From Octopus sinensis (taxonomy: Eukaryota): a stretch of DNA of 64,000 nt. The position numbers were made by a program, and so were the translations under genes. Shown in pieces: positions 51,950 through 63,479 of this stretch (its first letter is position 1; every line of letters starts with the position of its first letter). Where the stretch lies: contig NC_043010.1 in the NCBI RefSeq assembly GCF_006345805.1, positions 37,696,001 to 37,760,000 on the forward strand, written 5' to 3'. Under the pieces are notes generated by a model. The model had not been told where the DNA came from, ran no database searches, and was given only the letters and a program-made list of their open reading frames with translations.

Positions 51950-54060
51950 ACTTCTAACTTTCTTGCCGATAGAAAAAGAGCTGGATTCTAGCGTAGAGAG
52001 ATCCAAGGCTCCTTCATTGAAATTTTAAACAACATCAATAGGGTATTTGTGGATGTGGGTACGTGTGCAATATTTGGAGTCACTGCATGTGTGAATTTGC
52101 ATGCTTAGTTTTATGTATGTATTCCCATGCATAAAGTTGCATGTCTAGAGATGCACATATATGCTTAAATGCTAAGCTTTTGGAAAGTCTTTTATATTTT
52201 GACAGTTCCATCGTTGGCTTGTACGAGGGGCGTTCAATAAGTAATGCCCCTGACCCACTTCCCATAGCAGTAGAGCAACGAAATTTGGCACAGTTATTAG
52301 TCTTTTTCTACATAGGAACCACTCAGAGTTACACATTTCTTCCATCGTTTGATGCAACTCTGGAGACCATTTTTGTAGAAGACCCCAGCTTGGTCCTCCA
52401 GCCACGAAGTGACTTCAGAAATCAAGGCTGCATCATCTGGGAAATGCTTTCCTTTCAAAAACAACTTCATGGCTGGGAAGAGGTGAAAATCAGAGGGTGC
52501 AAGGTCAGGAGAGTAGGGGGATGGGGGAGGAGTTAATAGCCGCACGCCTGTGCTTCTGATCTGGCGACACGCGAGTTGTAGACCAGAGCGTTGTCCTGCA
52601 GGAGGAGGATGCCTTTGCTGATCTTGCCCCGCCTCTTGATTTTGATAGCTTCTCTTAATTTCCTCAAAAGTGAAGCATATTAGGCTCCTGTAATTGTGGT
52701 ACCCTTTGCCAGGAAATCTGTCATCACTACTCCGTCCTGGTCCCAGAAGACAGTGAGCATGACCTTGCCAGCGGAGGGCTGCACCCTTGCCTTCTTTGGA
52801 GGAGGTGAGTCACGGTGCTTCCACTGCATTGACTGGGCTTTGGTCTCTGGATCATAGTGATGGACCCAGGTTTCATCCTGTGTAATCAGTCTTTTGAAAA
52901 ATTTTGACTCATCTTCTTGGCACATCTCCAAATTCATCCTCGAGCACTCGACGCGTTCTTGCTTCTGGAAAGGTGTGATCAACCTGGGAATCCATCTGGC
53001 AGACACCTTTTGCATATGCAAATGGTCATGAATGATAGTTTCCACAGACCCGGTACTAAACTTGACCTCATGGGCTATTTGGCGAATAGTTATGCGTCGA
53101 TCTTCCAAAATGGCAGCCTCAACTTGACGGACAGATGCCTCATCAATGGCAGAAGGGGGGTGACCAGATCTGGGAGCTGTTTCCACAGAGTTCCAACCAT
53201 GTTTGAATTCACGATGCCAGCGTTTTACAAGGTCATATGATGGGGCATAATCACCATAAGTTACTTTCATTTCATCAAAAGTCTCCCGTGGTGTGCGTCC
53301 TTTCAAATACAAAAACCGGATCACTGCTCGACACTCAACAGGCTCCATTTCACACTTGACTCAGTTCAAACACCTGTATATCAGAAACCACAATTAGTTC
53401 AGAGCTGTAATTTGCCACTTAATCTATAGAGATATAAATAATTGCACATGTAAATTTTCAGCTAGATCAAACAACTGCAAGTGGGTCAGAGGCATTACTT
53501 ATTGAACGCCCCTCGTATCTGTAGTCTTCTATTTAACTTTCTCTTTTCTGGTTTTGAGAAGCCTATCTTGTCAAGATTGGTACTGGGGCCGTTTGTTACA
53601 TAATCTAGTGTCCCAATAATTACGGGTATAAATATGCACTTGTAATCCTGGTGGAGTAGCTATAAATTTCCTAATAGTTCAGCGTAGTTTTTTTTTCTTT
53701 TTCGCTGATCTTCAGCTTTATGTTGACATCTGCTGGGCAACCGATTTACACTACTGCACATAGTTTCTCTCCTCTGACCCAAATATCTATGCCAGGTCTC
53801 TTATGTTTGCATTTTATTGAAGTTTTCACTGGGAAATCCTACCAGTACATTCTCATATTAAGAGTGGTTATGGCTTCTACCACACATTGGCCTCAAATTA
53901 TCCTTCCGACGGATTTCATTGTACAGTGTCTTGGCCACATCATGTCTCATTAGTAGACAACAATATGGTGACGTTTTCGGACATCTTAAGATATGGGTGA
54001 TATCTTTAGTGTTAACTCCAAAATGTCTGCATCGATAGGTTATCACATTTTGATGTTCTT
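51950..54060 (-). mobile_element. 3' part of an RLE non-LTR retrotransposon interrupted by the mariner at 52224-53515
   Basis: YRCRHFGVNTKDITHILRCPK...RHDVAKTLYNEI (zinc knuckle region) and DFPVKTSIKCKHKRPGIDIW (RLE) at 53520-54060. 3' UTR at 51950-52223 matches an uninterrupted copy at 55715-55980. Confidence 0.75.
52224..53515 (-). mobile_element. Full-length mariner (irritans/Himar1-like), transposase pseudogene at 53348-52297
   Basis: TA|CGAGGGGCGTTCAATAAGTAATGCC ... GGCATTACTTATTGAACGCCCCTCG|TA; 1292 bp. Motifs WIPRL, TQDETW, QDNA, YSPDLAPSDFHLF. Two in-frame stops and one frameshift. Confidence 0.97.
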
Positions 54061-54095
54061 CGTATGTAAGTATGTATGTATGTATATATGTATGT

Positions 54096-54421
54096 GTGAA
54101 GGCGCGTGGCTTAGTGGTTAGGTGCATTCAGCTCATGATCGTAAGGTCGTGAGTTCAATTCCCGGCGGCGCGTTGTGTCCTTGTGCAAGACACTTTATTT
54201 CACGTTGCTCCAGTCCACTCAGCTGGGAAAAATGAGTAGTACCTGTATTTCAAAGGGCCAGCCTTGTCACACTCTGTGTCACGCTGAATCTCCTCGAGAA
54301 CTACGTTAAGGTTACACGTGTTTGTGGGGTGCTCAACCACTTGCACGTTAATTTCACGAGCAAGCTGTTCCGTTGATCGATTCAACTGGGACCCTCATCG
54401 TCGCAACCGACGGAGTGCTCC
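54096..54421 (+). mobile_element. tRNA-derived CORE-like SINE (core Y + tail P) followed by (TATG)n at 54422-54555
   Basis: Same core as 24771; tail gtacctgtatttcaaagggcc...cgacggagtgctcc is shared with 60328-60717. Confidence 0.85.
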
Positions 54422-54679
54422 TATGTATGTATGTATGTATGTATGTATGTATGTATGTATGTATGTATGTATGTATGTATGTATGTATGTATGTATGTAT
54501 GTATGTATGTATGTATGTATGTATGTATGTATGTATGTATGTATGTATGTATGTTTTTAAATATGTATGCATTCATGCAAGTGTATACATGTAGGTATGT
54601 ATGTCTGTATTTATGCATGTGTGTATATACGTACATGTGTGCACGCATTCATGTATGCAAGTATGTATGTGCATGTGCT

Positions 54680-55660
54680 GTCTTCTATTTTTAATAATTT
54701 GAATTCTTCCTGTAAGGAAGGAGTTAGTTTCCAACAAAGATACAAAGCTCTGTCGTTGGAATAAAGATAACGAAATCAAATTCACATTTCGAACGTGAGA
54801 AAAGCTCCGTATATTTTTACGGGTCCGTTGACAGATTGTGTTTATAATGTGTGATCAGTTGGTCGATTTCTTTTTCTGAAAACACTAGCTTTTCTAGATT
54901 GTCACCTAAACACTTACTAACAAAACCAAATGCACCAATTATTATTGGTATAAATGTGAATTTACAATCTGAATATAGAAGTTGAATGTTTCGAAGCAGT
55001 TATCTGTAATTAACTTATTTCTCATTGATTTTCGAAAAGATATTCACGTCAGCTGGGAGGCTGACTTCTATTACGGTTTATACTCTTAGTTGTCTGCCTC
55101 ATGCAACTATATCCAGAATGCTGGTAGAAATTTTGATGGGAAAGTTTCACTAATATTGCTTGTGTTGCATACAATAGCAGGAAGACTTCTTATGTTTATC
55201 TCATAACAAAATTTTTCGGATGGCATTGAATATTGTTTTAACGATAACGTCACCTCGTATAATGAGGTAGTAATTTGATGGCATTTCAGGCAACTGCTAA
55301 TCACGTGTGTGCTGCTTCTAAAAAAATATAACATAATCATCGACACTTTCAGTTGCATAATAGAACTTCAAAAGCTTTAATATCTCTTTTGTTCATTAGA
55401 TATTTTGTAGCAATCTCCTGCTCTTGGATTGCAAACGTATAGCCTTCGAAGTACGATATAGCGGTCGTGAGTCCAAGAAAGGCGACGTTTTATGTCGACA
55501 CTGGTCTTCAAGTTTTCGGGAAACATACCCATGTATTGAATTTTATTTTTAGGCATGCTGAGCATTTCCCATCCAGGCTTTCTTTGGGGTATGTTAGACC
55601 AGGGTTTATGGGGTTGTATGAAATGGGATACTTCCCGAGGAGCTCACTGTCAACTTGTAG
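54680..55660 (-). mobile_element. 3' part of an RLE non-LTR retrotransposon, same family as 19756-20303
   Basis: Decayed C-terminal domain (HGYV.RK, LSWTHDRY, THVISSC, FPIK.S) and a 3' region colinear with 19756-20130. Confidence 0.75.
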
Positions 55661-57258
55661 GATGTTGTTCTGTGTGTATATATGTATGTATCTATGCATG
55701 CATGTATGTCATTATTTAGTTTAGTTTCAAGATGTCTTGCCAATAGAGAAAGAACCGGTTTCTAACCTAGATCCAAAGCTCCTTCATTGGAATTTCAACA
55801 TTAACAACAGATTATTTTTGTATGTATGTATGTATTTACACGTGTAGATTTGTATGTTTTGTTTTATATATGTCTTCTCATGCATATATTTGCATGCTCA
55901 TATATACTTAAATGATAAACTTCTGGAAAGTTTCACAGACTTTTACAGTTCCAGTTACGGCTTGGATCTGTAGTCATCAATGAGAAACGAAAACATAAAA
56001 ACAAAAACAAAGAATCGAACTTTTTTCGAACAACGAAAAAAATAACAAAGAGAGAAACGAGACTTACAACGTAAAGAATATTCCCCTTCTTCAGTTGTCT
56101 CTGTTTCAACTACTCCACGTTCGAAGGTAAGGACAAGACGCGACTTCGTTGAAACAGCCCTTCCCGCAAAGCAAATTAAATAAAATTTGGGATTTTTTGC
56201 GGAGGGTGAAAGTGGTAACAAGAACAGGACAGTGAGAATAAAACAGTAAAAACAATAAAAACGATACCACTCAGAAAAAGACAATATGATTGTGTGAAGA
56301 CAAAAGGGACAGTTCTTTGGCAGTTTTTAAACTTAACTTAATTGTACCACCTGCTGATGTTTTAAAATTCATATTAAGTCATAAAAGGCACCGTTGACTA
56401 CAGGAGTAGGGCTTGTTTTTGGCCGAAATGCACAAGACGCTTGGTGATTTATATAGTATCTCTTAAAAGAAATTGTCCAACCTCAATTTGAAGGTTATGG
56501 GATTTTTTTGTGCCTTTATTTGTTTTGAAATAATGCTGAATTATGTAGAAGTTGAGAAAAAAATCGGTTTTATACATTATGGTTTTATAATGTTAGCTGA
56601 GAGGTTTTTTGTTCTTATGCGGTTATATGGTACAGAATCCCAGGCTTGAGTAATTATAAAACCAGCGTCATTGGGGCTATTGCGATGGAATATTTTCCTC
56701 ATTATTTTCTCCAGCATAGCTGGAGAGAATAGTCTGTGTTTCTGAAGCGACCTCTATAACCAAGACTTGTTATTTATTTATTTATTCATTCACTTATTTA
56801 TTGTTTATGCAAGCACAACACAAGCATATATCGCATTATACTTGATAAATAATATCAAAAATATCCAAAATATATTGTACTCGATACAGAAACGTAAAGT
56901 AACAAATTGCTTTATAAATACATGCCTGTATGCATACATACATACATACATACATACATACATACATACATACATACATACGTACATACATACATACATA
57001 CATACATACATACAAGCTTCAAGTTCAGGTTTATACCTGTAATTATTGGGGTACTGGGATATGTAACACACTGCCTAAATGCCAATCTTGAGAAATTAGG
57101 CTTATATGATCGAACGCCACACATCCTTTTCCAAGTAAGTTTTATCCATCTATCTATCTATCTAAAAAACCAACCTCCTCAACTGTGATAAATTTTTTAC
57201 ATGGTTGTTTGCAAGATGTGGCATCCCAGACGAGATAGTGTCTGACAATGAAACGCAA

Positions 57259-57320
<62 letters not shown>

Positions 57321-57351
57321 CTATCTATCTATCTATCTATCTATCTATCTG

Positions 57352-57428
<77 letters not shown>

Positions 57429-57429
57429 G

Positions 57430-57462
<33 letters not shown>

Positions 57463-57492
57463 ATCTATCTATCTATCTATCTATCATTCAAA

Positions 57493-57695
57493 ATGTGACC
57501 GCGTGTGTACCGTTGGCGATTTTTTTTCCCTCTGTCTTCCCTTCTCTGGATCTTTCCTTCTCCTATGTTTCCGACGAAGAGCTCCGCTCGAAACGTTAAA
57601 CCCTCCTTCTTTCCTTCTTTCTTGAGCGTCCAATAATACTATATTTGTTCCACGTCCTCGCGTTGTTGTGTTTTTTTGTGCTTTCTTGTTTGGAT

Positions 57696-57699
<4 letters not shown>
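57493..57699 (+). mobile_element. Penelope-like short element, family A, hammerhead motif at 57567-57601 (U4C)
   Basis: GTTT CCGACGA A GAGC tcc GCTC GAAA CG T T AAAC; followed by a long (TA)n. Confidence 0.7.
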
Positions 57700-57768
<69 letters not shown>

Positions 57769-58116
57769 ATACATATATATGTATAAGTATGTATGTTTGG
57801 TCCTAAGGCTATATTTATTTATCGTGCCATCTATCGTTTCAAATTACTGTTGTTAACTTTCGTACCTCCACCCTCTAATATTTTACTTTTTCGAGCTTTA
57901 ATTCTCCGCAATTCTTGCGGGTGCCGCCGATATACGAAGTTCCTAGTCTTAGCGTTAAAGGCATGAAACTAGCTATTAGTATTTTTCGGTCGATAACTTA
58001 CGAAGCATTAGGGTTCTAGTTAGCGTCTATCCTACAAGTACGTTTTATAGCATTTAATTCATTTTCTAATTTATGAAATAACTGAACGCCACGCATCCCG
58101 ACTTTCGTTAACAGTA

Positions 58117-58155
<39 letters not shown>

Positions 58156-58157
<2 letters not shown>

Positions 58158-58480
58158 TCTTTTACTTGTTTCAGTCCTTTGACTGTAGCCATGCTGGAGC
58201 ATCGCCTTTAGTCGAGCAAATCGACCCCAGGACTTATTCTTTGTAAACCTAGTACTTATTCTGTCGGCTTCGTTTGCGAACCGCCAAGTTACGGGGATGG
58301 AAACACAACAGCATCGGTTGTAAAGCAATGGTGGGGGGGGGGACAAACACAGACACACAAACATATACACACATACACATATACACACATACACGTATAC
58401 GACGGGCTTCTTTCAGTTTCCGTCTACCAAATCCACTCACAAAGCTTTGGTCGTCCCGAGGCTATAGTAGAAGACACTTG
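58156..58480 (-). mobile_element. SINE family S1 (5'-truncated). Further S1 fragments at about 3830, 13690, 21850, 25925-26330, 29090, 30205, 31160, 36320, 50520
   Basis: Shared tail and body strings on either strand. Confidence 0.8.
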
Positions 58481-58689
58481 ATATACATACATACATACAT
58501 ACATACATACATGCATACATACATACATACATACATACATACATACATACATACATACATACATACATACATACATACATACATGTATATGTCTACACAT
58601 ACACACACACTCACACACATATATAATTGTTTTACATTACAGAAAAATAGTTAATTAAAATAACACAGCAGCAATCCATAGCGTAAGTT

Positions 58690-59650
58690 TGGCTGATTGC
58701 GGTAGTGGTGTGGTGGTGGAAGTGGTGGTAGTGGTGGTAGTGGTTATGATGCTGATTATAACAATGTTGATGGTCGTGGTTGGGAAGCTTTAACAGTTGT
58801 TCCAATAGGGTAAGGGAAAATGATAATAATGACGTTGATTACGATGTTTATGTGATAATGGGGGAAAATAATAATTACGGCGTGGTCTGTGTGGCAGCGG
58901 TGTTGGCGGCGGCAGCGACGGCGGTGGTGGTGAAGATGGTGAAGGTGGTGGTGGTGGTGGCAATGGTGTTCATGGTGGCTGCAAATAATGGCAGTGATTG
59001 TTGGTGGTGCTATGTTGCATGATTGTGGTAATGACGACGATGACGACGACGTCGATGCTGCTGGTGATGAGGATGATGATGATGATGATGATGATGAAGC
59101 TGGTGATGATGATGATTTTCGCGGTGGGTTTGGGTGGTGGTGGTCGGCGTTGCAATAATGTCTCTTGTGTTGTGGTTTTTAGGTGGGAATCTTAATGAGG
59201 AGAGGGTGTGTGGCGCTAATAACGTTAATTACGTCGATATTGTTAATAATTATGACGATGGTCATGTGACGGTGCCGATGGTGGCGGTTGTTATTGCAGT
59301 GATGGCGTTTGAAGGTGGCGATGGTAAAAGATAATAATCTTAATAGTGGTGGCATTTGTGGTGGTGATAGTAGTAGTAGTAGTAGTAGTAGTGTTTGTGG
59401 CGGTGACGGTGGCGGTGGTAGTAGTAGTAGTAGTTGTAGTAGTGGTGGTGCTGGTGGTGGTGGTGAGGTGGTAGTGGTGAGGTGATGGTGGTGTGTGGTG
59501 GTGGTGGTGGTGATGGTGGTGGTGAGGTGATGGTGGTTGTGTGGTGGTGGTGATGATGGTGAGGTGGTGGTGGTGAGGTGATGGTGGTTATGTGGTGGTG
59601 GTGGTAGTGTAGTGGTAGTAATAGTAGTAGCAGCAGCAGCAGTAGTAGTC
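58690..59650. repeat. Cryptic trinucleotide field (GGT/GAT/GAC/TAG)n; similar tracts at 17185-17370, 37650-37970, 38340-38560 and 39405-39600
   Basis: Direct inspection. Confidence 0.9.
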
Positions 59651-59959
59651 TTTCCCATTTTCGAGCTGTATTGTTGTTCAGCTCCATATCAACCATAAAC
59701 AGATCCCGTCGTTTTGTCAGGCATAGCTTCAGTGTCTTTGAGAGTACAGAATTCAATGTGTCCTTCTTTAAATAGACACGGTACAGGAAATTTGAGTGCT
59801 TTTTCTAGCAAACCAAGAGATCACATAGAGGTTTCCTTGTTGGATTGCCAAGTATTTGTGTTTCTGCGTACGGATGGGGTGGAACAGATATTGAACATTT
59901 TCGAGAAATAAATATTTTAAAAGATAATATTTATCTCCCTTATAAAGTAGATGTTGTGG

Positions 59960-60266
59960 TAAAAGGGTAAAGACCCCTTCGGTCATGAATGACCATGGAA
60001 TTGCACCTAGAAAGTTTCCCCTTCGAGGTACAAGTCTAGACAAGGTTGTTTATGGAAGACCAGCAGTTGTCCATGCATACCAACCTATCCTCTCCACGTC
60101 ACTGATGTTATCCAAGGGAAAGGCAAAGGGGCCAATACAGTTTGGCACTAGTGACGTCGCAACTCATTTCTACAGCTGAGTGAACTGGAGCAACGTGAAA
60201 TAAGTGTCTTGCTCAAGAACACAACACACAGCCGGTCCTGGATTCGAACTCACTACCTCATGATTG
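59960..60266 (-). mobile_element. CORE-like SINE whose tRNA head is split by the LTR element (remainder at 62860-62897)
   Basis: Plus ...gagcaacgtgaaataagtgtcttgctcaagaacac...ggattcgaactcactacctcatGATTG resumes after the LTR element as GATTGtaatcccgacgctctaacccctaagccatgg. Confidence 0.8.
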
Positions 60267-60327
60267 TGTTATAGCCTTACAATGTTAGGATTTTAATAAC
60301 ACTACTTCGGTATACAGTATACTTATT

Positions 60328-60717
60328 GGGAATGGAAGCACTCCGTCGGTTACGACGACGAGGGTTCCGGTTGATCCGATCAACGGAACAGCCTGCTCGT
60401 GAAATTAACGTGTAAGTGGCTGAGCACTCCACAGACACGTGTACCCTTAACGTAGTTCTCGGGGATATTCAGTGTGACACAGAGAGTGACAAGGCCGGCC
60501 CTTTGAAATACAGGTACAACAGAAACAGGAAGTAAGAGTGAGAGAAAGTTGTGGTGAAAGAGTACAGCAGAGATCACCACCATCCCTGCCGGAGCCTCGT
60601 GGAGCTTTAGGTGTTTTCGCTCAATAAACACTCACAACGCCCGGTCTGGGAATCGAAACCGCGATCCTACGACCGCGAGTCCACTGCCCTAACCACTGGG
60701 CCATTGCGCCTCCACAC
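60328..60717 (-). mobile_element. tRNA-derived SINE (core X + tail P) inserted in the 3' LTR
   Basis: 10-bp TSD TATACTTATT at 60318-60327 and 60718-60727. tRNA-like head GTGGAGGCGCAATGGCCCAGTGGTTAGG...GGTTTCGATTCCCAG. Confidence 0.9.
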
Positions 60718-61082
60718 TATACTTATTAACTAGTAAAGACAAGATTATCTCTTGACCGCCTATTAGGTACTCTTCCGTACTGTCTCGTTCTCTCCTATTT
60801 ATAGTGACTAAGTTATTCCATTCGTTACGCGGGAAGGGTGTACCATTATTTCCCCTTTTAAGTTTTTCTTGAGAAGTATCATTTTATTTAGTAATATTAT
60901 TTTTTATTCACCTCATCTCCCTTTCGAATTTTTTTTTCTTCTCGTACAATTTAATATTTTTTGTGCTTGGAATCTATTTTCAGGAACTCTGTATGTTTTC
61001 TTTTCCTCTCACTTGTACACCTGGATTCAATCACCTTCAGTGGCGTTTGTACTTGGAACGTATCGTATAACCATTTCATCGG

Positions 61083-61610
61083 TTACTCCAACTTCTTCGT
61101 TTCGCTTTCCACGAATCTCTTTTTCTTGCCAGGTAATAATTTATCAAAGACTGATTTTACTTTCCTTGCAAACATCAGCTCCAGTGGTGAGCTACTTGCT
61201 GGTGTATTCGGATTTGGCGTCACACAGTCCACTCCTAAAAATTGTTGTAGAGCTACCTTATCCGTGAATTCTCCATTCTTTTTTCTAAGGGTTATTTTGA
61301 AGATATCGTCAAAACGGTCTGTCTGTTCATTAGATCTGGAGCAGCATGGCGCCGTAGTTATATGTTCCACCGCGAACGAGTTACAAAATTTTAAAACTTC
61401 GCTAGATACAAATTGCGTTCCATTGTCAGACACTATCTCGTCTGGGATGCCACATCTTGCAAACAATCCATGTAAAAAATTTATCACAGTTGAGGAGGTT
61501 GGTTTTTCACACTTGCAAATTTCTGGCCATTTTGAAAAACTATCAACTACCACTAAGTAGCAAGAACAATTTAAAGGACCAGCGAAATCGATGTGTAGTC
61601 TCGACCATGG
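61083..61610 (-). pseudogene. Integrase catalytic-core remnant of the LTR element
   Basis: PWSRLHIDFAGPLNCSCYLVVVDSFSKWPE...[14 protein letters not shown]...HITTAP..SN....TPNPNTP..SPLELMF.RKVKSVFDKL. Confidence 0.92.
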
Positions 61611-61619
61611 CGTTTCTAT

Positions 61620-62530
61620 ATGTCCTATACTACCACAACGAAAATACTCCGCTTTTTTAAATGGACAATTTTTCCTCAGGTGTATACCTCCACATGCAAA
61701 ACATGGGTTTATTTCCTGATTTTTGTCGTGTTCTTTTTATAGAAAACACTTTATCTCTCTTCTGATTATTTCGCACTTGCTTTACTTGGAAACAATCTTT
61801 ACGTTCAATTTCTTCCGTGTTGTGTCTTAATTTGACTGTCTTTTACATTCTTCTGACACTTGCTGTAGGGTTACATCTTGGGTTTGTTTCAGATTTGCGA
61901 GAATTCTAGATCTAACTTCTGCGTCCTTTTCGACAGTAAGCCCCCTGTATAAAAATCAGGCATTTGAACATGTGGCGATAATTCATCCAGCTTAAACTTC
62001 TCGCATTCCCTGTTTACTCTACCAGCATATGTGATGTAGTACTCGTCGCTGTTTGTCTCTATGTTCAGATACTTCCAACGTGTGTCGAACAATGACCTTT
62101 TGTCACTGATACTTTTACATAATATATCTAATGTGTCATTAAAGTTTATGTCCGAACGTTTTCTTGGGAGTGTATAATTGCTGTATCATTCATGTTCTGT
62201 TGCCGCCAGTTTTCTCAAGATTAAGTACGTTTTCATCTCGTCGTCCCAATCTTTACATTCTCTCTCGAAGATTTGCTCATATCTTCTGGAGTATGCTTCA
62301 AAGGTAACTCCTTCATCAGGTTCGTATTTGAACTCTGTTATGGAGATCGAGACATATTCTGTCGAGAACACTTTTTCTGTCTTTCCTGACGACTTCAATA
62401 ATTGCAGCATTTGTTGCTGTAATATTATTTGTTGTTGATGATGCTTCTGTTCTTGCTCTGGCAGTTGTATCTGCTGCTGTTGTTGTTGCTGTTTTTGCAT
62501 CTCAAGCAAACTTGCCAACAAATTTTCCAT
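61620..62530 (-). pseudogene. Gag remnant of the LTR element
   Basis: MENLLASLLEMQKQQQ...FKYEPDEGVTFEAYSRRYEQIF..., FKCLIFIQGL..KDAEVRSRIL, then zinc knuckles CFACGGIHLRKNC and FRCGSIGH; several frameshifts. Confidence 0.85.
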
Positions 62531-63479
62531 ACTTTTACAATTTTTCGTAAAATTCGTACACCGACTTTGTGAGTTTCGTAACTTCTCTTCGAGTTTCTAT
62601 TAACTCCTCTTCGAGTTTATTAATTTATCTTGCGTTGTTTAAATCCTCGCCACCATTGTTATATCCTCACAATGTTAGGATTTTAATAACATCACTTCGA
62701 TATGCAGTATTCTTTGTAAAACCAGTAAAGACACGACTGTCTTTTGACCGCCTATAACGTTCTCTGCCGTACTGTCTCGTACTCTCCTATTTATAGTGAC
62801 TAGGTTATTCCATTCATCACGTAGGAGGGGTGTACCACTATTACTAATTCCTTGCAACAGATTGTAATCCCGACGCTCTAACCCCTAAGCCATGGTGGTA
62901 GGAAATAGAATATTTCGACAGTTAACACGAGAGAACCTTTCATATGGACTTTTGGTGCATATAAACAAGAGTGCTTATATGTACCGAAAGTTCACATACG
63001 AGTTCCTCTCATGCTAATCATTACAGTATTATGTGTTCTAACACAACATCCACTTTTAAGTGGAAATAAATATTACCTTTTGATATTAATATCCTGTCGC
63101 TATTAGTTATTAAATAAATATTTTATAGACTTGTGTTCATGCGGTACTAGAACTAATGAGATAAATGTAAGGTGATATTATTTCTCGTTGAATAACGATA
63201 AACCGATAAGAATAATATTTATTTTTAACTCAGACACGGGGGTCACGAATTTGGGTGGGTGGGGTGGAGAGAAATTAGTCGATTTTATTGATTACGGTAT
63301 TTGACTGTTACTTTATTTCATCGGCTCCGGAAAGACGGAAGATGATATTTGTACGAAGAACATTAAAGAACCGGAACTAAAACTGCAAACCATTTTGTGC
63401 GACGTGCTACCGAGTTTGCTATTCCACTGCCCACAAAACAACAATAACAACAGCAGCAACAATATTTTCTTTATTCTGT

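Larger units (their letters stand above)
60267..62859 (-). mobile_element. Internally deleted Gypsy-type (K02A2.6-like) LTR retrotransposon
   Basis: 5-bp TSD GATTG at 60262-60266 and 62860-62864. 5' LTR 62657-62859 (TG..CA, 203 bp). PBS TGGTGGCGAGGAT (62655-62643), 11/13 to the complement of the tRNA-Ser(GCU) 3' end as I recall it. PPT AAAAGGGGAAA near 60850-60860. 3' LTR 60267-60850 is split by a SINE and lacks its terminal ~19 bp. LTRs about 85% identical by eye. Confidence 0.93.

Noticed and set aside
59179-59756. His/Thr/Pro-rich ORFs on the minus strand (similar at 37.5-38.7 kb and 17.1-17.5 kb)
   Set aside because: Trinucleotide low-complexity sequence; no recognisable domain.
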